Source: Candidatus Bathyarchaeota archaeon RBG_16_48_13 (GTDB lineage: Archaea > Thermoproteota > Bathyarchaeia > RBG-16-48-13). From it: DNA of 64,000 bases. The stretch is from assembly GCA_001775995.1 (NCBI GenBank), contig MEZH01000007.1, positions 9,725-73,724 of the forward strand, written 5' to 3'. Under the pieces are notes generated by a model that worked only from the letters and a program-made list of their open reading frames with translations, made no database searches and had not been told where the DNA came from. Both the position numbers and the translations under genes were made by a program. Every line of letters begins with the position of its first letter. Within the stretch, counting starts at the first letter, position 1. Of the stretch, positions 1-8,420 are shown in pieces.

Positions 1-842
1 ATCTCGTCGATGAAGATTATGCCTGGTGCGTTCTGCTGTGCCTGCTGGAAGATCTCCCTCAGCCTGGCCTCGGATTCGCCGTAGAACTTGCTCATGATCT
101 CCGGGCCGTTGATGGAATAGAAGTTTGCATCCGATTCGTTGGCCACCGCCCTGGCGAGCAGCGTCTTCCCGCAGCCTGGCGGGCCGTGAAGCAAGACCCC
201 CTTCGGGGGCTCGATGCCAAGCCTCTGGAAGAGTTCCGGGTGGCGCAACGGTAACTCAACCATCTCCCTGATCCTCCGGATCTCACCTTCCAGGCCGCCT
301 ATGTCTTCGTAGGTCGTCCTTGGGATACCCTTCTTCTCGGGAGCGGGCTCGCTCAGGACCTGAAGGGATGTCTCGGACATGATCTTGACGATGCCGTGAG
401 GCTTGGTCTTGGAGACGATGAATGGGATGGCGCTCCCCAGGATCGTGATGGAGGCGGTATCACCCTCCACGAAGGACATCTCCATGATCCTGCTCTTGAC
501 GAAGTTGTTGAAGTCTTCGTCGACGTTGAGCCTCAGGTCGATCGGCGCCAAAATGACCGATTGTGCGCTCTTTACATCACCCCGCCTCACGACGACGATT
601 TCGTTGAGGGCGACGCCGGCGTTCTTCCTGATCAGGCCATCCATCCTTATGATGCCCTGGTTCTGGTCCTCCGGATAGGCAGGCCACGCAACAGAAGCCG
701 TGGTCCTCTTCCCCACGACCTCCACGACGTCGCCAGCGGAAATGCCCAACAGCTGCATGTTCTCGCTGTCTATTCGCACCTTGCCTCTCATGACGTCTCT
801 CTGCTTGGCCTCAGCGACCCTCAACTGAATCTCTTTATTCAA
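1..842 (-). CDS. cdc48: CDC48/VCP family AAA ATPase, N-terminal part (runs off the window start)
   Basis: Hand translation from TTG at 842: [25 protein letters not shown]...[67 protein letters not shown] (Walker A and B). Absent from the ORF track because there is no stop in the window. Confidence 0.97.
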   Translation of the reverse strand, partial: [280 protein letters not shown]

Positions 843-959
843 ACGCTTTTTTCCTCCGACCAAAAACGGCTAAATGAACTGCACGTGAACTGAAGCGGTA
901 CCACCGCGACAAACAGCCCCCCGCGCCATGGGGAGCTAGTTAAAAGAGTTGATTTGGGA

Positions 960-966
960 TATTTAA
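960..966 (-). promoter_or_regulatory. Candidate TATA box (TTAAATA) upstream of cdc48
   Basis: Matches the archaeal TATA consensus, about 120 nt upstream of the cdc48 start; motif only. Confidence 0.35.
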
Positions 967-1151
967 GCGTTAATTTGGGACAGCTTTCCATGTGCCGGAC
1001 ACGAAGAATCATAGTTTCCATGCGGATAGTCTATTCTTTATTCTCTTCTCTTTCAGAAATTTGAGTTGTCTGTAATAGATTTGGACAGACACGGACGGTT
1101 AGACACTCTGAGATACGGACACAGGAACAAAGGGAGCGAGACATTCACACA

Positions 1152-1187
1152 GTGGGTTTGGGGATTAAAATTAAATCCCAAACTCAC
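1152..1187. repeat. Imperfect inverted repeat / hairpin
   Basis: GTGGGTTTGGGGATT (1152-1166) pairs with AATCCCAAACTCAC (1174-1187), with one G-T pair and one bulge. Confidence 0.6.
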
Positions 1188-1348
1188 ACACTTACTCCTC
1201 TTTTCTCTCTCTTCTTACACCCACAACACACAGCACACTACCTAGGACTTTATATCACAACACACATCTCAGAAATACAATTCTCAAGATGCTGTGAAGG
1301 TCTTTTATAGTTCGCACGTGCCCATAAAAGCCTGGCGAATGAAGCATT

Positions 1349-2637
1349 ATGGCAGTGAACAACGTCGTTTGCGGGGCCGGGATAGCCGGGTTAACGGCTG
1401 GCATAGACCTTGCTACTAGAGGAAGAAATGTCACAATTTTGGAGAAAGAGAATGTTGTTGGAGGTCATGCCTCTTCCCACAGATTGCCAAATGGTTTTGT
1501 TCACGATATGGGCCTTCACGTGATAATCCCAGATGCAGTTCCCCTTTACGAAATGGTCAAGGCAGCGGGAATAGAGAGTAGCCTGATTCGTTTTGACATG
1601 CAATTCGGATTCCTGAAGGATGGACAAGTTAACGCCTTTTCGCCAAACCCCTTGTCCATGACGAAGTTTAGACTCCTCGGCTTAAGGGACAAGATCAGAT
1701 TTGGGAAGCTCATGATGGGAATAAACTCCATTTCCGAGGGAGAGTTTTCTAATGCGACGGCGGCAGAGTTCGTGACGGACAAAATAAGCAGAAAAGCTCT
1801 TGAATCCTTCTTTGAGCCTCTACTAACTCGTCTGTCAGCTGTTCCTCCAGAGGCTCTGTCGGCGACATTCTTCATAGACTTCCTCAAACTTCTTGGGCAA
1901 GTAAGAAACTTCAAATCTTGTATTCCCAAGACGGGAATCGGAGAACTGGCGGAGGGCTTAGCCTCTCATCTAGAATCCGTAGGGGCTGCGTTAGAACCTG
2001 CTCAGAAGTGAAGGAAATTCGAGTAACCGGAGAACAGGTTGACGGTGTTGTATATGTTGAAGAGGGTGAGGAGAAGGAGATTAAGGCTTCAAATGTGATT
2101 TCGACAATGCCCCTGAAGGACCTTCCAAAGGTCGTTGATCTGCCAAAGCAATACGAAGAGAAGTTAAGGGGAATAGATTACACAGAGTTTATGATTGTCT
2201 ACTTCGGTCTAGACAGTAGATTGTCAAAATATGATATGGAAGTCATGATCCCGAGAAAAGAGGGCTTCTGCTTCAACTCTTTTGTGGAGGTCAGCAACAT
2301 CACTAGAGAAGTGGCGCCAGAGGGAAAGAGCCTCTTCAGCGTAATTACCACACCATGTACGATCGGGAAACGAGCTGACGATGAAAAGGTACTGGACGCC
2401 ATCACAGGAGATCTGAATAAACTGTTCCCCGAATTTGAGCGAAAGGTCCTTTGGAGAAAGACGATTAGACACCCTTGTATCGCCGTTAATAAGGAGTATA
2501 TTGCGCTAAAACCTTCGTTCGTCACTCCAATAAAAGGGCTTTACTTGGCTGGTGCCCAAATGTTCCCGCTGCAAGACATGGTAACAGCTGTAGTCAGCGG
2601 TCACACAGTATCAGACATGATTATTGGAACAAAATAG
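1349..2637 (+). pseudogene. FAD-dependent oxidoreductase (HemY / amine oxidase / phytoene desaturase-like) split by one frameshift
   Basis: ORF 1349-2011 has GAGIAG...LEK...GG and DMGLH; ORF 1918-2637 continues with EVKEI...VISTMP...GLYLAG. Adding one base near the GGGG run at 1982-1985 joins them into about 430 aa. Could be an assembly error. Confidence 0.75.
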
Positions 2638-2774
2638 TTGCGCTCGCTGCGATACCGTCTTCTTGTCGTTGTTCGCTGTGCGGCGCGCGACTCGCGCGTC
2701 TTGTGTGAGATGTGTCATAAGGCATGGAATGAGGGAAAAAGGTAGAGAAAAGGTTTCGAATTGAGGATCCTTTC

Positions 2775-3062
2775 TCATCGTAGACTACTTTGCCAAAAGC
2801 GAAGGAATTCATCCAAGGTGGAAACTGGGTCAACGGTCACTTTTCCATATTTCGATAGACTCTCGAATATCCTGCGAAGTTCCACGTGGGGGTCTTCTAC
2901 ATTTACCACAAGAACTGAAAACCTTCTTGTTGTGGAGAAATAGGATGCTTCGGGTTTCATCTGGGCAAACATTTCCTTCATTGTTTTCAACATCTCTTCT
3001 GGTTTCGCCGTTAAACCGCTGGAAATCTCTGTAGGGGTTTCAAGACTTATCAAATATTTCAT
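2775..3062 (-). CDS. Small conserved hypothetical protein (DUF3303/GYD-like)
   Basis: 95-aa ORF with KPEASYF...VVNVED...VTVDPV, resembling a small ferredoxin-like-fold archaeal family (from memory). Confidence 0.55.
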   Translation of the reverse strand: MKYLISLETPTEISSGLTAKPEEMLKTMKEMFAQMKPEASYFSTTRRFSVLVVNVEDPHVELRRIFESLSKYGKVTVDPVSTLDEFLRFWQSSLR

Positions 3063-3404
3063 TTCTTCAACCTCCAGTGCCTTAGGCGTTGAACAGGCTA
3101 ATAGACAACTATGGATTGTCAGCTATAGTATTGAATTGCATGTAGTGGTGCGCATACTTCTTCCCAGATCAGTTTGCGAAGCATCGTTAGGTTTGGGACA
3201 GAATTAATCCAACCCCAAATCTCTCTCGTCTTGCCGTGAGCTCTTGTTTGGGGTTGTAAGATAGTCCTAGGTCCCTTGAAGCATTCGCTACGGCAGAAAC
3301 CGGCCCTTCATCGCTTCTTGGTCTACACCTTTAGTACTAATTGTGTATTATAGTGCGAACGCAAAGACTGAGAAGAATAATGTCAGTTATGCGAGCGCGA
3401 GGGC

Positions 3405-4409
3405 TCAGCCGCTCAGCGGCTTCGTCTTGAGCAGCTCCCTGTTGACCAGCGATGGCGGAATCCTGCCCCGGAGCGCGGCCATCATGTTCTCCACTGCCAA
3501 GTCGCCCATCGCGATCCGCGTATCCCGGGACGCGCTCCCGATGTGTGGGACCAGGACAACGTTGTCCAACCTGAGCAGCGGGTTCTCCTGGTCGATGGGT
3601 TCGCTCTCGAACACGTCCAGACCGGCGCCTGCGATCCTCCTCTCATTCAGAGCCCTATAGAGCGCCATCTCATCGACGACCGGCCCCCTGGAGGTGTTGA
3701 CGATGATCGCCGACCTCTTCATCTGGTTCAGTTCTCTCTCCCCAATGAAGTGATGAGTGGAAGGCATCAACGGCACATGGACGGAAACGAAGTCAGATTC
3801 CTTCAGAACCCGCTTTAAGTCGGCGTACTCGATGCCAAGCTCCTTCTCGGCCTTCTCGTTCCGGAAGACGTCGCTGTAGAGGACTTTCATCCTGAAGCCC
3901 TGCGCCCTTCTGGCAACGGCTGCGCCGATCCTGCCCATCCCGAGGATGCCGAGCACCCTTCCGTGGACGTCCGTTCCTACCAACAGGCTTGGGGACCAGC
4001 TCTCCCACCTGCCATCTCGCAGGTATCTCTCGGCCTCCGTCAACCGTCGGGCCGTCGCCAGGATGAGGGCCCAAGCCAGATCGGCCGTCGTTTCGGTCAA
4101 TACGTCCGGCGTGTTCGTGACCATGATACCGCGCTTGGTCGCGGCCTCGACATCAATGTTGTCGTAGCCCACCGCATGGTTGCTTATGACCTTCAGGCGA
4201 CCACTCGCATCCATTAGCTCCCCGTCAACACGATCGTATGGAAGGGAGATCAACCCATCGCAATCCTTGACGCCCTCCAGGATTTCTTCCATAGTCATGG
4301 GACGATCCTCGCGGTTCAGCCTTACCTCGGCGATCTTCTCGAGGCGATCAAGGGAGTTGCCGAGTGGCTGCCTCGTCACCAAAACCCTGAATCTCTTCAT
4401 ATAACCCAC
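3405..4409 (-). CDS. gyaR: D-2-hydroxyacid dehydrogenase / glyoxylate reductase
   Basis: AVGYDNID, NTPDVLTETTAD, GILGMGRIG, NTSRGPVVDE, GLDVFESEP, PHIGSA motifs. Confidence 0.9.
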   Translation of the reverse strand: MGYMKRFRVLVTRQPLGNSLDRLEKIAEVRLNREDRPMTMEEILEGVKDCDGLISLPYDRVDGELMDASGRLKVISNHAVGYDNIDVEAATKRGIMVTNTPDVLTETTADLAWALILATARRLTEAERYLRDGRWESWSPSLLVGTDVHGRVLGILGMGRIGAAVARRAQGFRMKVLYSDVFRNEKAEKELGIEYADLKRVLKESDFVSVHVPLMPSTHHFIGERELNQMKRSAIIVNTSRGPVVDEMALYRALNERRIAGAGLDVFESEPIDQENPLLRLDNVVLVPHIGSASRDTRIAMGDLAVENMMAALRGRIPPSLVNRELLKTKPLSG

Positions 4410-4526
4410 CGTTCAAGGCAGACTGCATTCAAGATTATGCAGATTTTTGGATATATATCTTTAAGAGAAGAAAAAAACAGCATGATTCCCTTCCAAAAAC
4501 GAGAAATGGAGATTCACTGAGCGCGA

Positions 4527-4796
4527 TCAGGCCCTTCGAACCATGAGGACCTCGGACTGGCTGATTCCCTCAACGGTCTTCAGCCTCTCCTCAACCTCGT
4601 CCATCAGACCTTCCTGATCCTCTGGGAAGACTATGTGCGCAATCAGCGCAACTAGACCGAAGGCGATGGGTTCCTCGTCAAACCTATAGACAGAGGCGTA
4701 TCCCGGGAGGGCTTTCTTAACCCTCTCCTTGATTATGTCCAGGTTCAGGGAGGGATCTTCTGGGAAAAGCTTAACGGAAAAGACGATTCTGCCCAA
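4527..4796 (-). CDS. ef1b: Translation elongation factor 1-beta
   Basis: 89 aa with EEPIAFGLVAL and EGISQSEV; lies downstream of the usual Zn-ribbon partner. Confidence 0.95.
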   Translation of the reverse strand: MGRIVFSVKLFPEDPSLNLDIIKERVKKALPGYASVYRFDEEPIAFGLVALIAHIVFPEDQEGLMDEVEERLKTVEGISQSEVLMVRRA

Positions 4797-4810
4797 AACA
4801 GTTCACCTGA

Positions 4811-4972
4811 CTAAGGACCCGTGAAACCGCAGCTTGGGCATTTGTAGTTTCGTCCGAACTTGCGGCACTTGGGGCATCGCCATATGACTACTTTGTGGCA
4901 GCTCGGGCATGGGAACTTGACAGCGCCTTCCCCAGGAACTATCATCTTTCCGCACCAGTTGCAGCTAGGCAC
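4811..4972 (-). CDS. Zn-ribbon protein (COG2888 / HVO_2753-like), 53 aa
   Basis: Hand translation from GTG: MPSCNWCGKMIVPGEGAVKFPCPSCHKVVIWRCPKCRKFGRNYKCPSCGFTGP; four CxxC motifs; conserved position upstream of ef1b. Confidence 0.92.
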   Translation of the reverse strand: MPSCNWCGKMIVPGEGAVKFPCPSCHKVVIWRCPKCRKFGRNYKCPSCGFTGP

Positions 4973-5119
4973 TATGATTCCTCACGAAGGTTTCTAAAAC
5001 CGCTAGAAACGAATACCCTACATTCCTATATATAAATCATTTTAAACTCCTCGAAACCATTAGAAATAGGAAATCTTGTGATCAATCCTCCAAAAACCAT
5101 GCAAAGGAAAGGCTAAAGT

Positions 5120-6325
5120 TTGAACACAGACGTCCTAGTCATCGGCGGAGGACCCTGCGGATCATACGCCGCTATGACGGCAGCCAGTCTTGGCTCCAGG
5201 GTCGCCGTGTGCGAGGAACACCGAGAGGTGGGGGTCCCGAAACACTGCGCGGGACACATAAGCGTGTCGGGATTCGGCAGACTCAACCTTGCTCCTCCGC
5301 CTGAGTCAATAGAGAACGAAATCATGGGCGCCCACATCTACTCGCCGGCCGGCAGGGAATTCTCCCTAAGGTTGGAACGGCCCGTGACCTATGTCATAAA
5401 CAGGGAGCTCTTCGACAGACATCTGATGGAGACGGCCAAGAAATCAGGGGTCGAATACTTCTTCGGCACCAAGGTGCGATCTCTTTCAACTCAAGGAAAC
5501 AGCGGCAGATGCGTCGTTGAACATGAAGGGGGAGCAGATTCATTCAGCTCCAAAATGGTAATTGACGCCGAGGGTTCGTCGGCCAATCTTCTGAGAAGAG
5601 CTGATCTGCCGGTTCCAGATCCCGCGAACATGGTAAGCGCAGCCCAAGTAGAGGCTGATGGAGCTGAGATCGAGAGCGACGATATGGTCGAGGTCTACCT
5701 GACCAAGAAGTACGCACCTGGGCTGTTCGCCTGGATCATCCCGAAGAGGGATGGCACCTCCAAGATCGGCCTGGCGACCAACACGGGAAACCCCTCCCAG
5801 AAGCTCAAGGATTTCATGAAGGAGCATCCGGTGGCATCGAAGAAGCTGAGGAGCGTCGCGCTCTCGAAGCCGTCAATTCATCTGATACCGCTGGGTGGCG
5901 TCATGCGGAAGATTCACCACCCGGGGTTGCTTGTCGTGGGCGACGCCGCGTCTCAGGTCAAGCCCACCACCGGGGGCGGGGTCATCTTTGGCCTTACGTG
6001 CGCCAGAATCGCGGGCGAGGTGGCCCACGAGGCTTTATCCAAGGGGGACTTCTCGGAACGATTGCTCTCGTCGTATCAGTCCAAGTGCGAAGAGGCGATA
6101 GGCTTCGATCTGAGCGCCATGCGGAAGATCCGGAGGAGGATGGACAAGATGAGCGACGAAAAGATGGACAAGATATTCGGGATATGGAACAAGTTTGGCG
6201 TGACCAGAGCCCTTGAGAAGGCAGGGGACCTCGACTACCAGGGACGAAGCCTGCTGAAGGTTGCGGGGAGCCCAAAAGCTTTAATGGGGTTGGCTTATTC
6301 CTTCCTCTGGGCACTGTTCCCGTAG
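5120..6325 (+). CDS. Geranylgeranyl reductase family (digeranylgeranylglycerophospholipid reductase-like)
   Basis: GGGPCGS, PKHCAG, YAPGLFAWIIP, VGDAASQVKPTTGGG motifs. Confidence 0.9.
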   Translation: MNTDVLVIGGGPCGSYAAMTAASLGSRVAVCEEHREVGVPKHCAGHISVSGFGRLNLAPPPESIENEIMGAHIYSPAGREFSLRLERPVTYVINRELFDRHLMETAKKSGVEYFFGTKVRSLSTQGNSGRCVVEHEGGADSFSSKMVIDAEGSSANLLRRADLPVPDPANMVSAAQVEADGAEIESDDMVEVYLTKKYAPGLFAWIIPKRDGTSKIGLATNTGNPSQKLKDFMKEHPVASKKLRSVALSKPSIHLIPLGGVMRKIHHPGLLVVGDAASQVKPTTGGGVIFGLTCARIAGEVAHEALSKGDFSERLLSSYQSKCEEAIGFDLSAMRKIRRRMDKMSDEKMDKIFGIWNKFGVTRALEKAGDLDYQGRSLLKVAGSPKALMGLAYSFLWALFP

Positions 6326-6356
6326 AACGGTCATCATTTTCTCAGGAGAGCGCATC

Positions 6357-6722
6357 ATGGAATCGGACTTCGATTATACCCAGAACATAGTCGTCCGGAC
6401 GGACATCAAGATCTCAAAGGGGAAACTAAGCGTCCAGATAGCACACGCCGCCGTGTCAGCCGCGGAAGCGGCCAGAAACACCCACCGGGAATGGTGGTCG
6501 AACTGGCTCAGCGAGGGTCAGCGAAAGGTCGCGCTGAAGGTGGACCACCTGGAGGATCTCGGAAGGCTGAAGGCCGAGGCGGACAGGCTCTCCCTGCCAG
6601 TCGCGCTAATAGAGGACAGAGGGCTAACTGAACTGCCCCCGGGGACGGTTACGTGCTTGGGCATCGGACCTGCCCCAACTGGACTCGTAGACAAAGTGAC
6701 CAAGAAGCTGCAGCTGCTTTAG
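6357..6722 (+). CDS. pth2: Peptidyl-tRNA hydrolase Pth2
   Basis: VRTDIKISKGKLSVQIAHAA, GQRKVALK, DRGLTELPPGTVTCLGIGP. Confidence 0.97.
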   Translation: MESDFDYTQNIVVRTDIKISKGKLSVQIAHAAVSAAEAARNTHREWWSNWLSEGQRKVALKVDHLEDLGRLKAEADRLSLPVALIEDRGLTELPPGTVTCLGIGPAPTGLVDKVTKKLQLL

Positions 6723-6735
6723 GACGCCTAATCCG

Positions 6736-8094
6736 ATGTCGGTCCCTGAGATTGAGAAGAAGATAGGAATAAGCGTCTATTCCACCAGCACGCCCGGAAT
6801 CGGCGGCACGATCAAGGAGTACCCCGAAGATTTCCAGGTTGAGGAGATCCTCAAAGACGGCTCCATGGCGACCCTTCATCCCACCGCGCCTCAGAAGGTG
6901 AGCGGCAGGGGCAAGTTCATGACATGCATCCTCGTCAAGAACGGGTGGGACACCCTGCTAGTGATGAGGGAGATCGCGAACGGCCTTAGGATCCACCAGA
7001 GGCGGCTGTCTGTCTGTGGAATAAAGGACACACGCGCCATAACGTCGCAATTCATAAGCATAAAGAAAGTCCCGCCGAGCCATCTCCTGAAACTCAAGAT
7101 CCCGAGGATGGAGATCTACCCACAATCCTTCTCCAGGGATCCAATGAAGCCGGACCTCCTCCTGGGGAACCGATTCAGGATAAGGATAAGAGGGATCGAG
7201 GGAACGCCCGAAGACATCCTGAGAACGGCTAGTTCAACCCTCCGCGAGGTCGAAGCACATGGTGGGCTACCTAACTTCTTCGGGCACCAAAGATTCGGGA
7301 CGGTCCGGCCGGTCACCCACCTGGTGGGCAAGTCTATGGTGAAGGGCGATTTCAAAGCCGCTGTGATGACTTTTCTCACACTCTACTCCGAGCACGAGAG
7401 CCCGCAGGCTAGGGAGGCACGCCGTAACCTCTGCGAGGGGGGAGACCTTCAGAGAGCGCTACAGGAGCTCCCCCGAGGGCTGACATACGAGAGGATCATG
7501 ACAGAGCACCTGATCGAGAAAGAGGGAGATTTTGTGGGCGCCCTGAGAAGCCTCTCAGCGAAGTTCCTGAGGCTGCTGGTCCAAGCTTACCAATCATACC
7601 TCTTCAACCTGGCACTGACCAAAAGGATCGAGAGCGGGCATCCCCTCAACCAGGCGCTCCCCGGCGACTTTGTCGAAGCGCTGGACTCCCAAGGATTACG
7701 ATCCGGCGAGGTACAGAAGGCTGACGAGACGAACCTGCCCGAACTGAATAGGGGGATTCTGGGCGGAACGAGGGAGCTTGCACTACCCACCATCGGCTAC
7801 AACACAACATTGTCGGACGGAAAGGGCGCGGACATCGAGAGATCGGTGCTGGAGGCCGAAGGGGTTGAGCCAAAGGAATTCTACTTGAAGGAAATGGTTG
7901 ACGTCAGCTCTCCCGGAAGTTATAGACCGGCTTTGGTGAGGCCCATGGACGTGCAGCCACCTCACGTGGAGCCAGAGGAAAGCTTGGGAAGATCCTCGCT
8001 GATCCTGGCTTTCCGCCTCATGAAGGGGTCCTATGCCACCCTGCTGTTAAGGGAGATCATGAAGAGCAGTGACCCCATATCGGCAAACTTCTAA
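6736..8094 (+). CDS. truD: tRNA pseudouridine(13) synthase TruD
   Basis: PEDFQVEE, GIKDTRAITSQ (catalytic Asp), GNRFRIRIR, PNFFGHQRFG, GSYAT. Confidence 0.96.
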   Translation: MSVPEIEKKIGISVYSTSTPGIGGTIKEYPEDFQVEEILKDGSMATLHPTAPQKVSGRGKFMTCILVKNGWDTLLVMREIANGLRIHQRRLSVCGIKDTRAITSQFISIKKVPPSHLLKLKIPRMEIYPQSFSRDPMKPDLLLGNRFRIRIRGIEGTPEDILRTASSTLREVEAHGGLPNFFGHQRFGTVRPVTHLVGKSMVKGDFKAAVMTFLTLYSEHESPQAREARRNLCEGGDLQRALQELPRGLTYERIMTEHLIEKEGDFVGALRSLSAKFLRLLVQAYQSYLFNLALTKRIESGHPLNQALPGDFVEALDSQGLRSGEVQKADETNLPELNRGILGGTRELALPTIGYNTTLSDGKGADIERSVLEAEGVEPKEFYLKEMVDVSSPGSYRPALVRPMDVQPPHVEPEESLGRSSLILAFRLMKGSYATLLLREIMKSSDPISANF

Positions 8095-8118
8095 CCTGAT
8101 GCATCGTAGGTCAGATGA

Positions 8119-8193
8119 ATCGGCGAGATGCTCCTGAGCGGAATCAAGGTCGCCGAAATAGTGAAACAGAAGCTCAAGCCAAACAGGAAGTGA
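8119..8193 (+). pseudogene. Relic of the C-terminus of Thi4 (thiazole synthase)
   Basis: Frame reads IGEMLLSGIKVAEIVKQKLKPNRK*, matching the Thi4 C-terminal pattern GGMLLSGxKxAExIxxKL; an in-frame stop sits immediately upstream and the rest of the gene is absent. Confidence 0.6.
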
Positions 8194-8194
8194 G

Positions 8195-8211
8195 TTTTCC
8201 CTCCCTTTTTT
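8195..8211 (+). terminator. Pyrimidine/T-tract terminator candidate
   Basis: TTTTCCCTCCCTTTTTT directly after the stop codon of the thi4 relic. Confidence 0.45.
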
Positions 8212-8267
8212 GATGGGATACAGTTTTATCCTGTCTGAGTCCATGAAGCCCCTAAGAGGGCTACCCA

Positions 8268-8414
8268 TTGCGGTTAGTTTCAGTGAAGCTTCCAGAGGGG
8301 CTCATTAGGGGATTGGACGAATTGGTGGAAAAAGGCATGTACCCTAGCAGGAGCGCTGCCGTGAGGACAGCGGTCAGGGATATGCTCAAGAGCGAGCTCT
8401 GGCGGAGCGAATAG
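8268..8414 (+). CDS. Ribbon-helix-helix protein (CopG/Arc/MetJ, CdrS-like), 48 aa
   Basis: Hand translation from TTG: MRLVSVKLPEGLIRGLDELVEKGMYPSRSAAVRTAVRDMLKSELWRSE; matches the archaeal RHH signature V.G.(F/Y)P.RS.A(I/V)R.AVRDML. Confidence 0.9.
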   Translation: MRLVSVKLPEGLIRGLDELVEKGMYPSRSAAVRTAVRDMLKSELWRSE

Positions 8415-8420
8415 CCGCCT

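Noticed and set aside
2638-2745. LCEMCH motif in frame after the oxidoreductase stop (HNH-like remnant or read-through)
   Set aside because: Only 35 codons, no start signals, and one short motif can arise by chance.
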